Part shown: one piece after another, positions 38,713 to 47,808 of the stretch
Position numbering within the stretch: position 1 is the first letter of the stretch
Layout of the letters: every line of letters begins with the position of its first letter
NCBI GenBank assembly: GCA_913055805.1
Contig: CAJXLF010000001.1
Coordinates: 146,761-210,760 of the forward strand
DNA: 64,000 nucleotides
Source: an uncultured Salinisphaerales bacterium
GTDB taxonomy: Bacteria > Pseudomonadota > Gammaproteobacteria > Nevskiales > CAJXLF01
Reading direction: 5' to 3'
Translations under genes and position numbers: made by a program
Notes under the pieces: generated by a model
What the model was told of the DNA's origin: nothing
Seen by the model: the letters and a program-made list of their open reading frames with translations, nothing else
Database searches by the model: none

Positions 38713-40239
38713 TTATGCAGCTTTTGCCATTTTGCTGCGGCGTGCGCGGGGTTTGTGCTGCACATGATAGTCACGTATTTCAAAGCGCCGCGTGGCGCGA
38801 CGGAACTGCCAGGTGAAGCCTGGCCACAGGGTGACGTTCTTGCCATTTTCGTCCAGGTACCAGCTGCGGCAACCACCGGTGGTCCACACCGTATCCTTCT
38901 GCCTGGCCTGCAGACGGCGATTGAAATCGGTTTGCACCCACTCACTGACTTCGATGCTCGCCAGTTTTTTCTCGTGCATGTTTTTCAGGGCATCAAGAAT
39001 GTAGGTGATCTGGGACTCGATCATGTACACCATCGAGTTATGTCCCAGGCCGGTATTGGGCCCGGTGATCAGGAACAGATTGGGGAAACCGGCAACGCTG
39101 GTGCCCAGGTAGGCTTCAGTGCCGGTCTTGTGGAATTGCTGTTTCAGATCCACACCGTCACGGCCGCTGATCTGCAGCGGGCCAATGGGATCGGTGGCGG
39201 CAAAGCCGGTACCGAAAATAATGCTGTCGACTTCGCGTTCGCTGCCATCGTTGCTGATGATGCGGTTGCCGCGAATTTCGCGGATACCGCCGGTCAGGAC
39301 ATCCACATTGCTGCGGTTTAACGCCGGGTAATAATCATTGGAAATGAGAATGCGCTTGCAGCCAATGGTGTAGTCGGGGGTCACCTTGGCGCGCAGCGTC
39401 GGATCCTTGATCTGCCGCCGAATATGCGAGCGCGCCCAGCGCTGGGCCAGTTTCATCAGCCGCGGATTCAGGGTGAACGCCACGGCGCGGCTTTCCAGCA
39501 TCCAGTAGATAGCGGAGCGCAGCGCAGCCTGGGTCCTGGGCAGGCGTTTGAATACGGTCTGTTCGGCCTGGCGGATGCGCCGGTCCGGCTTGGCAATGAT
39601 CCAGGGCGGGGTGCGCTGATACAGATCCAGCTGCTGCACCTGGTTGGCAATTTGCGGCACGAACTGGATGGCGCTGGCGCCGGTGCCGATTACGGCCACG
39701 CGCTTGCCGCTCAGGTCGTAATCATGATCCCATTGCTGGGAGTGAAAAGCCTTGCCGGTAAAACTGTCCAGGCCGGGAATATCCGGATAGGAAGGGCGCG
39801 ACAGACCGCCCATGCCCGAGATAAGAATCTTGGCGGTGAAGGTTTCGCCTGCCGTGGTGCTTAGCTCCCATTCCGCCGTTTCCTCGTTGTAGCGCGCTTC
39901 TGCCAACTCCGTATTGAAACGTATGTGCGGACGCACGCCGTACTTGTCGGCACAGCCCTTCAGATAGGACAGAATCTCCGGCTGGGGCGCAAACATGCGC
40001 GTCCAGCCCGGATTCTGCTCAAAGCTGAAGGAATAGAGATGTGACTGCACATCGCAGGCGCAACCCGGATAGTGATTCACCAGCCAGGTGCCGCCAACCT
40101 CGGCCTCTTTCTCCAGCACAATGAAGTCGTTCTCACCGCTCTGCTTGAGACGAATAGCCATGCCCAGGCCGGAAAAACCGCTGCCGATAATGGCAATCCT
40201 GGTGCTATTGCCGGTTTTCTTCAGGGTAGACGTTGCCAT
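38713..40239 (-). CDS. flavin-dependent Baeyer-Villiger-type monooxygenase
   Basis: FAD GxGxxG (IAIIGSGFSGLG), BVMO fingerprint FTGKAFHSQQWDHDYD, second Rossmann motif VAVIGTGASA. ATG 40239 is preceded by GGAGGA with 7-nt spacing. Confidence 0.85.
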   Translation of the reverse strand: MATSTLKKTGNSTRIAIIGSGFSGLGMAIRLKQSGENDFIVLEKEAEVGGTWLVNHYPGCACDVQSHLYSFSFEQNPGWTRMFAPQPEILSYLKGCADKYGVRPHIRFNTELAEARYNEETAEWELSTTAGETFTAKILISGMGGLSRPSYPDIPGLDSFTGKAFHSQQWDHDYDLSGKRVAVIGTGASAIQFVPQIANQVQQLDLYQRTPPWIIAKPDRRIRQAEQTVFKRLPRTQAALRSAIYWMLESRAVAFTLNPRLMKLAQRWARSHIRRQIKDPTLRAKVTPDYTIGCKRILISNDYYPALNRSNVDVLTGGIREIRGNRIISNDGSEREVDSIIFGTGFAATDPIGPLQISGRDGVDLKQQFHKTGTEAYLGTSVAGFPNLFLITGPNTGLGHNSMVYMIESQITYILDALKNMHEKKLASIEVSEWVQTDFNRRLQARQKDTVWTTGGCRSWYLDENGKNVTLWPGFTWQFRRATRRFEIRDYHVQHKPRARRSKMAKAA

Positions 40240-40291
40240 GCCATGGTCCTCCATGGTCGCTTGATGGAATTGGGGGAGAGGAGGGAGGTGA

Positions 40292-41137
40292 TCAGGCAGC
40301 GTTGGCCTGCGGTTCCCCGTAATGGCTCACTTCTTCGACCAGTTCATCAATCATGGTCAGGAAGTGGCGGTTGTCGTGATCCCAGGGATGGAAGCCGGGC
40401 TTGAAGTAATCCAGCCAGGGCAGCATCAGTTTGCGGAAGAAGCCGATCTCGCCAAAGGTGAAACGGAACAGCTGACGCCAGCCCTTGCCGTCGCCCAGGC
40501 GGCCCTGTTCACGCAGGATGCGTACATAGGTGACACCTACCACTGGCCACAGAATCAAGGTGGCGATGACCAGGCCCATGGTGCGTTCCATATAACGCAG
40601 CGGGTTGCGGCTGCTCATTACCGTTTTATAAACGTCGAAGGCAACGGCTTTATGCTCGGTTTCCTCCAGCGCATGCCAGTTCCAGATGTTGCGGAACTGC
40701 GGGTCGGCATTCTCCAGAATACGCGGATCCTTCAGCAGGCCGTCGGCCATGATGGCGGTGTAATGCTCAAGCGCGATGGTAGCCGAGAGCTGGGCTGATT
40801 TTGGCGTGTATTTCTGCACCGCCTTGAGCAGGCCGGCGACGAAACGCTCCATCTGGGCGGCGGAGGGCGCCACCGCAAACAGGGCCTCGTTGTATTCCTG
40901 GTGCTCGCGGCCATGCATGGCTTCCTGGCCGATAAAGGCGGTCACTGCCTTCTTCAGTTCCGGATCGGTGATCTGGTCACGGTAGTTGCGCACGCTGTCC
41001 ATGAAGAAGCGTTCGCCTACCGGGAACAGCATGGAAAGCGAGTTCAGGAAATGCGCCACATGTACGCTGTCGCCATGCCAGTCGTTGATCTTGTCGGCAG
41101 GCAGCTTGAATTTAAGGTCGCGTCGAATCGGTAACAT
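40292..41137 (-). CDS. predicted metal-dependent hydrolase family protein (paralog 2)
   Basis: FIGQEAMHGREH and ALEHYTA motifs parallel those of 35964-36908. ATG 41137 is preceded by GGAGGA with 7-nt spacing. Confidence 0.65.
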   Translation of the reverse strand: MLPIRRDLKFKLPADKINDWHGDSVHVAHFLNSLSMLFPVGERFFMDSVRNYRDQITDPELKKAVTAFIGQEAMHGREHQEYNEALFAVAPSAAQMERFVAGLLKAVQKYTPKSAQLSATIALEHYTAIMADGLLKDPRILENADPQFRNIWNWHALEETEHKAVAFDVYKTVMSSRNPLRYMERTMGLVIATLILWPVVGVTYVRILREQGRLGDGKGWRQLFRFTFGEIGFFRKLMLPWLDYFKPGFHPWDHDNRHFLTMIDELVEEVSHYGEPQANAA

Positions 41138-41222
41138 GTTTGTATCCTCCATGTTGTCCGCAACAGCCGGGTTGGTGATCCCCCGGGCCATTTGTATGTT
41201 GCAGTGAACAATAACATTGAAC

Positions 41223-41253
41223 AATGTAACAGTCAATATGGTTCTCTTGTCAA
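41223..41253 (-). promoter_or_regulatory. putative promoter of the BVMO operon with a 19-nt spacer
   Basis: Minus strand: TTGACA (41253-41248), 19 nt, TACATT (41228-41223). An alternative 17-nt pairing TTGACT/TATTGT lies just downstream. Confidence 0.3.
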
Positions 41254-41358
41254 CTGTTTTATTGATCCATGACCATGGATTTGGCTCCAAAGGCAGGGCA
41301 CAGGCGGGCGGCGGAGGTGAGAAGCGGGCGGTTACGTGAGTGCGCGGCTGGTGCGCTA

Positions 41359-41709
41359 TCAGTTATCCGAGGCGTTTTTGGAATGAAAACTGTGCAGCAG
41401 CCGGTGCACCAGCGGCGCCAGCACGATACCGGCTGCAGCGATGAAAATCAGGCCGGCGTAAAGCGAAAAGGCGGCAGTAAAAAGCTTGCCGGCGCCCGTC
41501 TGGGGAGGGTGCAGAATACCCATGCCGCTGAGCATGGTGGTGGCATTCAGCATGGCGTCGGGCCAGGATTTTTCTTCCAGCAGCATGGAGCCGGCTGCGC
41601 CGATGGCGACTGAGCCCAGCAGTAATAAAGTAGCGCCGGCCACATGCAGAACCAGGCGTCGCAGGAAGGCGCGCCGTGTCAGCAGGGGTTGATGGCTGCG
41701 TTCGTACAA
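41359..41709 (-). CDS. small 2-TM K+-channel-pore-like membrane protein (116 aa)
   Basis: TM1, then WPDAMLNATTMLSGMGILHPPQTGAGKLFTAAFSLYAGLIF. This aligns by eye with the pore-helix/filter/TM2 pattern W.DA..F...T.TTVGYGD..P.T..GK.FT of 2-TM channels. Confidence 0.5.
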   Translation of the reverse strand: MYERSHQPLLTRRAFLRRLVLHVAGATLLLLGSVAIGAAGSMLLEEKSWPDAMLNATTMLSGMGILHPPQTGAGKLFTAAFSLYAGLIFIAAAGIVLAPLVHRLLHSFHSKNASDN

Positions 41710-41713
41710 GGCG

Positions 41714-42307
41714 TCAGTTGTCTTCGTCTGTTGCCGGCGGTAGCGGTTCGTTGATCTTGCCCAGACCGGACATGCGGGTTTTGGGATTGATAATCGTGGG
41801 CCGGCTGATCAGCAGGTTGTTGGGGTAGATGACGGTTTCGCGTGACTCGGTAATCAGCCGGGTATTGAAGAGGTTGACCTCGGCGATATAGCCCTCGATG
41901 TAATTGTCGAAATCGATCACACGAATGAAATTCCCGCGCCGGTAGGAACGGTGCAGCAGCAAAACGATGAAGGCCGTCACATTGCTCAGAATCGACCAGC
42001 CGGCGAACAGCGCGATGCCCAGCACCGTGATGATGGAGGTGGTGACCAGCAGCAGGCCGCTGAAATCGAAGCCCCAGATCACCAGCAGGGCGACGATCAC
42101 TACAATGCCGCTGAAAAAACGGGTCAGCCGGAAGGCCTTGAGCGTGGCTTCGGATTTGAACTTTCCCTGCTCCACGCCTTCCTCAATTCTGGGGAAGGCA
42201 AAGCGGGTGATCAGAAAATAGACCAGCAGGGCGGCCAGTGAGGCGAACGTCTGTATGCCGTAGGTGGCAAGCCAGTCTGTCGAAAGTGGAAGTAAGGCGC
42301 TGCGCAT
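41714..42307 (-). CDS. mechanosensitive ion channel (MscS family, small)
   Basis: Three TM helices followed by an MscS beta-domain-like region (GNFIRVIDFDNYIEGYIAEVNLFNTRLITESRETVIYPNNLL). Confidence 0.75.
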   Translation of the reverse strand: MRSALLPLSTDWLATYGIQTFASLAALLVYFLITRFAFPRIEEGVEQGKFKSEATLKAFRLTRFFSGIVVIVALLVIWGFDFSGLLLVTTSIITVLGIALFAGWSILSNVTAFIVLLLHRSYRRGNFIRVIDFDNYIEGYIAEVNLFNTRLITESRETVIYPNNLLISRPTIINPKTRMSGLGKINEPLPPATDEDN

Positions 42308-42334
42308 GGCTTATCTGCTGGTACCGGGAGAGGC

Positions 42335-42658
42335 TTAGTTTACATGGTCATCCGGTTGCCAGAGATGGCGTTGCAAATTGATGCGCCTGCCCAGCCCGAA
42401 TTCAACGCCTTCGGATTCCAGCAAAAGGCGTTGATAGTCATCACTGCCCGACAGGCCTCTCGGGCTGATTTCTCCCCGGGCATTGACGACCCGGTGCCAG
42501 GGAATCTGGCTGTCATTGCCGAGGGCAGACAGTGCGTAACCGACCTGACGTGCATGACGTGGGTAGCCTGCCAGCGCGGCGATCTGTCCGTAGGTGGCTA
42601 CACAGCCTTCCGGGATGCGTTCCACGGTTTTGTAAATGCATTGATATAGCGGCGACAT
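42335..42658 (-). CDS. alkyltransferase-like (ATL) DNA-binding protein of the MGMT family
   Basis: VATYGQIAALAG...IPWHRVVNARGEIS: the MGMT active-site PCHRV is replaced by PWHRV, as in ATL proteins (E. coli YbaZ type). Confidence 0.75.
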   Translation of the reverse strand: MSPLYQCIYKTVERIPEGCVATYGQIAALAGYPRHARQVGYALSALGNDSQIPWHRVVNARGEISPRGLSGSDDYQRLLLESEGVEFGLGRRINLQRHLWQPDDHVN

Positions 42659-42711
42659 ACGGAAAACCACAACACAGGTTTTCCGTATTCTAGTGCGCAG
42701 CGGCGGCTTCG

Positions 42712-43527
42712 TTAATTCTGCTGATGGTCCAGCGCACTGCGCATGCTTCTGAACTGGCGCAGCGCAATACGATCCAGGCGCCGGTGGATTGCAGTCATTT
42801 CACTGTGCAGGGACTGGCTGAGCGCCTCGGCTTCTTCACGCGCGATCTGGCGGAAGACGGCAATTTCTTCCTCCGAAATACCGGCAGTTTCAAAAGCGGC
42901 GATCTGCGAGCTGAGTTCGCTGACCTGTACCGACAGCTCGTTTTTGAGGCGTTGCAAGGCCTGATCAATCTGTGTCTGCAGATGCCGGTAGGTGGCCTGA
43001 GCCACGTCTTCCTCGGGCGGTCCCTTTGTCACAGCCATGGGCTCAGGCGCTGCCGTTGCCGGTGGCGCCACATCACAGTTGGCGGCTGTTTGCAGGCGCT
43101 CGTTATGATTCAGGTTGGCCAGCAACTCGGATAGCACATCCACGGTAGGCGGCTTGTGCAGTACTTCCCGTGCGCCACTTTTCAGGGCCTTGATAATGAA
43201 GTCTTCGTTTTCTATCGATGTGCAGAAAATCACCGGAATGAAGGCCGTTGTGCGGTCATTTTGCAGGGTGCTCAGGACATCGATGCCGTTAATGCCCGGC
43301 ATGACGTTGTCCAGAAAGATCACGTCGGGATGATGGTCGGTCAGAAAGCTGTAGGCCTCATAGGCATTGTCCACTGTATCGACGTGGCAGCTCAGGCTTT
43401 CCAGGTACTTGCGCATGGCAAAGCGGGCCGTCTTCGAGTCATCAACGACCAGAATGCTCAGCGACTTACGGGGTCGCTCGGCGTCGCCGGCATCTGCCGG
43501 CAAGAGGGTATTGTCAGGCATCTCCAC
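42712..43527 (-). CDS. response regulator (receiver domain plus coiled-coil C-terminus)
   Basis: REC domain (ILVVDDSKTARFAMRKYL...VIFLDNVMPGINGIDVL). The C-terminal half is predicted helical, with no recognised output domain. Confidence 0.8.
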   Translation of the reverse strand: MEMPDNTLLPADAGDAERPRKSLSILVVDDSKTARFAMRKYLESLSCHVDTVDNAYEAYSFLTDHHPDVIFLDNVMPGINGIDVLSTLQNDRTTAFIPVIFCTSIENEDFIIKALKSGAREVLHKPPTVDVLSELLANLNHNERLQTAANCDVAPPATAAPEPMAVTKGPPEEDVAQATYRHLQTQIDQALQRLKNELSVQVSELSSQIAAFETAGISEEEIAVFRQIAREEAEALSQSLHSEMTAIHRRLDRIALRQFRSMRSALDHQQN

Positions 43528-43687
43528 GTTGCACCTATACGGCTTGGGACCTCTTGTTCAGGGTCTTTGTACTCTATGCGTTTTACCCTGATATGTAGAT
43601 CGGCAAACGCAGATTTCTTGTGTCAGCCTGGGCTTACCCCGGGCTGCCGATTGTCTGTGCGCTGAGTGCTTGTTATTAACGGCGGGA

Positions 43688-43721
43688 ACAAAAAAGGGCG
43701 CCCGTCATCGACGTGCGCCCT
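43688..43721 (-). terminator. rho-independent terminator
   Basis: Minus strand: AGGGCGC-ACGTCGATGACGG-GCGCCCT followed by TTTTTTGTT, downstream of the 43778-44155 gene. Confidence 0.6.
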
Positions 43722-43777
43722 CCCTGGCAGTTGCCAGAATAGGCAAAAAACTCCAGGCCGGCAATGCCTGCCGCAGG

Positions 43778-44155
43778 CTAGCCGGGTTTCAGATAATGCA
43801 GCAGGGCTGCGCCAGCCAGCGCGGCCATGGCGATGACGTCACCGATCACCACCTTGCGCAGGGCGGTGTTGTAGTGATCGGCACTCCAGGCCAGACACAG
43901 GAAGCTCAGAATGCTGACCAGGGCGGCAAGAAAGGCCAGGGGACGCAGGCCCGGCTGAAAAACGGCATACAGCAGAAATGCACCCAGCAGGCCGAAGAGC
44001 ACGGCACGGTGCCGCATCAGTATTTCAAGGCTTGGGTCCTCCAGCCGCACGCCATACAGGGTGCCCAGTTTTTCAGCGCCCAGGACACCTGCCAGGGGCA
44101 GCAGGTGGCCGATTGCTACCACCATCAGCAAGATGCGAATACCCCATTCCTGCAT
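43778..44155 (-). CDS. hypothetical 4-TM membrane protein (125 aa)
   Basis: ATG 44155 is preceded by AGGAGGA. Hydrophobic throughout. The track extension to 44449 overlaps the acyl-CoA dehydrogenase gene and was rejected. Confidence 0.5.
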   Translation of the reverse strand: MQEWGIRILLMVVAIGHLLPLAGVLGAEKLGTLYGVRLEDPSLEILMRHRAVLFGLLGAFLLYAVFQPGLRPLAFLAALVSILSFLCLAWSADHYNTALRKVVIGDVIAMAALAGAALLHYLKPG

Positions 44156-44268
44156 TGTTGTTCCTCCTGATGCGTCCCTGCAGCATGACGCGCTGGGGTC
44201 ATGCAGGCAATTACCTGGCGCATCATAATGTGCGCTGCATGGTCTGCCGCACAGCACGCGGTAACGGT

Positions 44269-45402
44269 TTATGTCAGTTTCAGTTCGCGCGCGATCTGGT
44301 TCTTCTGCAGTTCGGTCGTGCCGCCGGCATACAGTGAAAGCGGCGCACCGCGGTAGAGGTGGGCGATTTCGTTTTCGAGGAAGTAACCCCTTCCGCCATG
44401 GATACGCATGGCGCTTTGCACGATCTCCTGCAGTTTCTCGGCACACCATGCCTTGGCCATGCAGATTTTCAGTGGCGACATTTCGCCGCTGGCGGCCGAA
44501 GCGACGGCATCAGCGGTGAGCAGCTCCATGGTCTTGAGGGTCATGGCCATGTCGACCAGGCGATGCTGGATGGATTGATGTTGCACAATTTTCTGGCCGA
44601 ACTGTTCGCGTTCCCGTGCGAACTCGGCGGCCAGATCGTAGGCGCGGCGGGCTGAGGCAGTCGATGAGATCGCTACCGAAAGCCGTTCCAGACCGCCGGC
44701 CATGCGCAGCACCATGAAGGCTTTGCCGGCGGCCTCTGCACCGCCCAGTATATGGCTGGCCGGCAGGCGAATATCCTTCATCTGCAGTCGGCAGGAGGGC
44801 TGGGCGTTGCTGCTCAGTTTGGGCATGGGTTCGATGCTCAGGCCATCAACATTTGCCGGCAGTTCCACAATGGTCAGGCTGCGCCTGTCGATATCGTCGC
44901 CGAATTCACGGCAGATCAGCAGAATGGAATCGGCTACCGACGAGCCGGTAATGAACTGCTTGGCGCCGGAGACAATGATGTCTTCCCCGTCACGGCTGAA
45001 ACCGGCTTCAATGGCACCCACATCCGAGCCTGCCTGCGGTTCCGTCATGGCGAAGGCCAGTTTGGTTTTACCGGCGGCCAGACCACTGAGCAGGCGCTCC
45101 TTCTGTTCCTTGCTGCCCAGCATGGAAATGCACAGGCCACAGAATATGGCGCTGACCAGATACACAGAGGAAAGCAGCGGGCTGCGATAGGTCAGGGCGG
45201 TGATGGCTTGCGCGACCTTGCTGATATCCGCCGGGTTGAACATGCCTTTGCTGATGAAGTCGAGTTCGAAAAAACCCTGCTCGGATAATTGCCGCATGGC
45301 AAAGTCATTCAGCGCGCGGGGATCAGCCGACTCCAGGTCGTCGCCGAATTCGGCTGTAACGGCCGCAACGACACTGGCTGCGTTTTCATCTATGGAGCTC
45401 AT
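44269..45402 (-). CDS. acyl-CoA dehydrogenase family protein
   Basis: AFAMTEPQAGSD motif and C-terminal ACAD helical domain, 377 aa. Confidence 0.85.
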   Translation of the reverse strand: MSSIDENAASVVAAVTAEFGDDLESADPRALNDFAMRQLSEQGFFELDFISKGMFNPADISKVAQAITALTYRSPLLSSVYLVSAIFCGLCISMLGSKEQKERLLSGLAAGKTKLAFAMTEPQAGSDVGAIEAGFSRDGEDIIVSGAKQFITGSSVADSILLICREFGDDIDRRSLTIVELPANVDGLSIEPMPKLSSNAQPSCRLQMKDIRLPASHILGGAEAAGKAFMVLRMAGGLERLSVAISSTASARRAYDLAAEFAREREQFGQKIVQHQSIQHRLVDMAMTLKTMELLTADAVASAASGEMSPLKICMAKAWCAEKLQEIVQSAMRIHGGRGYFLENEIAHLYRGAPLSLYAGGTTELQKNQIARELKLT

Positions 45403-45513
45403 GGGGCCTGCCTGTTCGATTTGTGCGATGCCAAGAGTCTAGTGCTTGCATCGACATACTGTGAACCACAGGGGGTAAGTTGGATTCCCGCGCTTACAGG
45501 AAGTCAGCGCCCA

Positions 45514-45540
45514 CAAAAAAAGCCCGGCATTGCCAGGCTT
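45514..45540 (-). terminator. rho-independent terminator after the hydrolase gene
   Basis: Minus strand: AGCCTGGCAATGCCGGGCT followed by TTTTTTTG. One mismatch in the stem. Confidence 0.55.
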
Positions 45541-45560
45541 TTTCGAAAAGCAGGAGAAGC

Positions 45561-47441
45561 TTACAGTCCGTCGATCACAATGTCTCCGCTATTGAGCAGG
45601 GGCAACTGCAGCTCACCACTGAAGTTCACGGCGGGCACGAAGATGTCTCGTGACCAGGTCACCGGGAACTGGGCATGGAAGCCATATATAAGGAGCGCCA
45701 GTTCGTCGCCTTCTGCCAGGCGTTCGGCGATACCGTTCATTTCGATGCTGTGCTGACCGAAACCACGGATCGGGGTGATCTGGTCATCCAGCGGCTCCCA
45801 GCGGCTCTGGCCGGCAGGCCGGTGCCCGATCGCCAGGAACAGAATGGGATCGCAGCCGGTCTGCAGCATGGGGGCAGGGCATTCTTCCATCTCGACGCCG
45901 GAAAGACCGCTCAGTTCCACGTTCAGGGTGGGAATGCCGGCGATCACGCGGCCACCTTCCGGGGTGACATACAGCGGAATATTGGCCAGCATGGCTTCGC
46001 GAACCTGGGTGCCAAGCAGCGAGCCAACCAGACCCAGCACACTGTTGAGTTGTGGAGTCCCGGCTTCAATGGCAAAAGCTTCGCCGCCGCGTTTGATGGC
46101 GCGTACGGCAACGGCGTCATCCTCGGCCAGGCTCATGCAAACATTCCTGCCACTGACCAGGGCGGCATCCACCGCACCGTCCTGGCCGCGCAGTTTTTCC
46201 TCGAACCAGGCGAATTGCACCTCATCCAGCACCAGACTGCCGCAGTTGCGGGAAGCACCGGATTCCTGGAATTCAGGTAGGGTAAGCGCCTGGTAGAAAG
46301 GATCGAGCGGATCCTCGAGCCCGGCAGTGTCCAGACTGACGGGCAGGATGTGTCCGGACTGGTGCGTCAGCAGGCGGACATCGCCACCAAAGCGTTTCAG
46401 GCATTCGTAGTTGCCCGCGCCGTCGTTGAAATTGAACAGGGTGTCGAGCATGCCCTGGGTAACCAGTACATCCGCCGCCGGAGGCGCATCAGGCGCTACC
46501 AGCATGGGGTCGGGGTCGGCAAACATGAAGTCCTGCGGTCCGGCAGGCTGACCGTCACAGTAGTACTTCATGCTGTGGTAACGCATGAAATTGAAACCCG
46601 CTTCGGAGAACTCATTGCTGACCGCGGCGTTGAGCAGAATCTCGAAGATGGCCACGTCCTGCCGTTGGCTGCCGCGTTGCAGATAGACGCCCATCTTTTC
46701 CAGAAAGGCCGCGGGGTCCTGATCCGAGGCCAGGCTCAGCAAGGGCACTTCGCCACCGGCAATCAGCGCCAGGCCCCAGCCGGATTTGACGGTGTCATGC
46801 GGGTTCAGGGCATAAGTCAGGTCATGCGGGGTGATGTCCGGGGCCATCACACGCAGGCGGTGTTCAGGATCGGCCGCGTAGAGCAGTAACTGGTACATGC
46901 CGCCGTAGGAACCGCCGTAGGAGCCAACATACATTTCGCCGTTGCTGCGGCGGGCCAGACCTTCGAGATCCTCGGCCCAGTCAAGCAGGGCAATCAGGCT
47001 CTGGCCTTCGAAGTCGGGGCTCATCACGCGCACAGTGCCGCTGGATTCGCCAAAGCCGCGCTCGTCAATGGAAATGACGTAATAACCGCTATCGTTCAGG
47101 CGCTGGATGAAGTCATTGGCTTCCTGGTAGCGGGTGCCGCCATAGCCGTGACCCTGCAGAACCAGAGGGTAGCTCCGGCCGGCTTCCAGTTCGCTGGGCT
47201 CGAATACCTGTACCACCAGAATGTCGCCGTTGGGTGCGGTGATTTCCTGCCGGTAACTGGTGCCCGCGCGGGATTCCGCAACTGGCACCTTGGGGGCCGA
47301 GCTGCCGCCGGAAATCGGGCTGCTGTTGTTGCCCGGGGTGTCGTTGCTGCCGTCCGATCCGCAGCCGCCGGCCAGCAGCGCAGCCGACAACATCAGGCAG
47401 AGCCCGAAGAAGCTGGTCATCAATCGCATGTTGCTCTCCAT
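45561..47441 (-). CDS. lipoprotein, CocE/NonD (S15) family alpha/beta hydrolase
   Basis: Lipobox LLAGGC. LVLQGHGYGGTR...VISIDERGFGESSG resembles the X-Pro dipeptidyl-peptidase/CocE N-terminal hydrolase domain. Start could be ATG 47429. Confidence 0.65.
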   Translation of the reverse strand: MESNMRLMTSFFGLCLMLSAALLAGGCGSDGSNDTPGNNSSPISGGSSAPKVPVAESRAGTSYRQEITAPNGDILVVQVFEPSELEAGRSYPLVLQGHGYGGTRYQEANDFIQRLNDSGYYVISIDERGFGESSGTVRVMSPDFEGQSLIALLDWAEDLEGLARRSNGEMYVGSYGGSYGGMYQLLLYAADPEHRLRVMAPDITPHDLTYALNPHDTVKSGWGLALIAGGEVPLLSLASDQDPAAFLEKMGVYLQRGSQRQDVAIFEILLNAAVSNEFSEAGFNFMRYHSMKYYCDGQPAGPQDFMFADPDPMLVAPDAPPAADVLVTQGMLDTLFNFNDGAGNYECLKRFGGDVRLLTHQSGHILPVSLDTAGLEDPLDPFYQALTLPEFQESGASRNCGSLVLDEVQFAWFEEKLRGQDGAVDAALVSGRNVCMSLAEDDAVAVRAIKRGGEAFAIEAGTPQLNSVLGLVGSLLGTQVREAMLANIPLYVTPEGGRVIAGIPTLNVELSGLSGVEMEECPAPMLQTGCDPILFLAIGHRPAGQSRWEPLDDQITPIRGFGQHSIEMNGIAERLAEGDELALLIYGFHAQFPVTWSRDIFVPAVNFSGELQLPLLNSGDIVIDGL

Positions 47442-47808
47442 TGTGGTGCGCCGTCCGGCAGGCAGGGGCCGGTAGCGCTGTTCACGGTCTGCTGCAGGTA
47501 GAGCGGCAGCCGCGAATCCGTTTTATGTAAACAGGCAGGGTGAGTCAGAAGACGGCCGGGGTCCTTGAGGACCCCGTGCCGAAAGGACCCTTACGGGCCC
47601 AGGGGATCACCCGGTAGGGCGTCGGCTGGCAGGATTGGCCGGCGGCCCGGAAATCGTATGGGAATATACCGACCGATAGGTCAGGTATGGCCCTGATAAT
47701 TAACCATACTATGCGGTATGGGGTTTGACTACTAGCGTTTAATCACATAACCATGTAGTAATTATTACTTAGCAATTAGTAATAACTACGCAGGAGGCGA
47801 CTGTCAGG

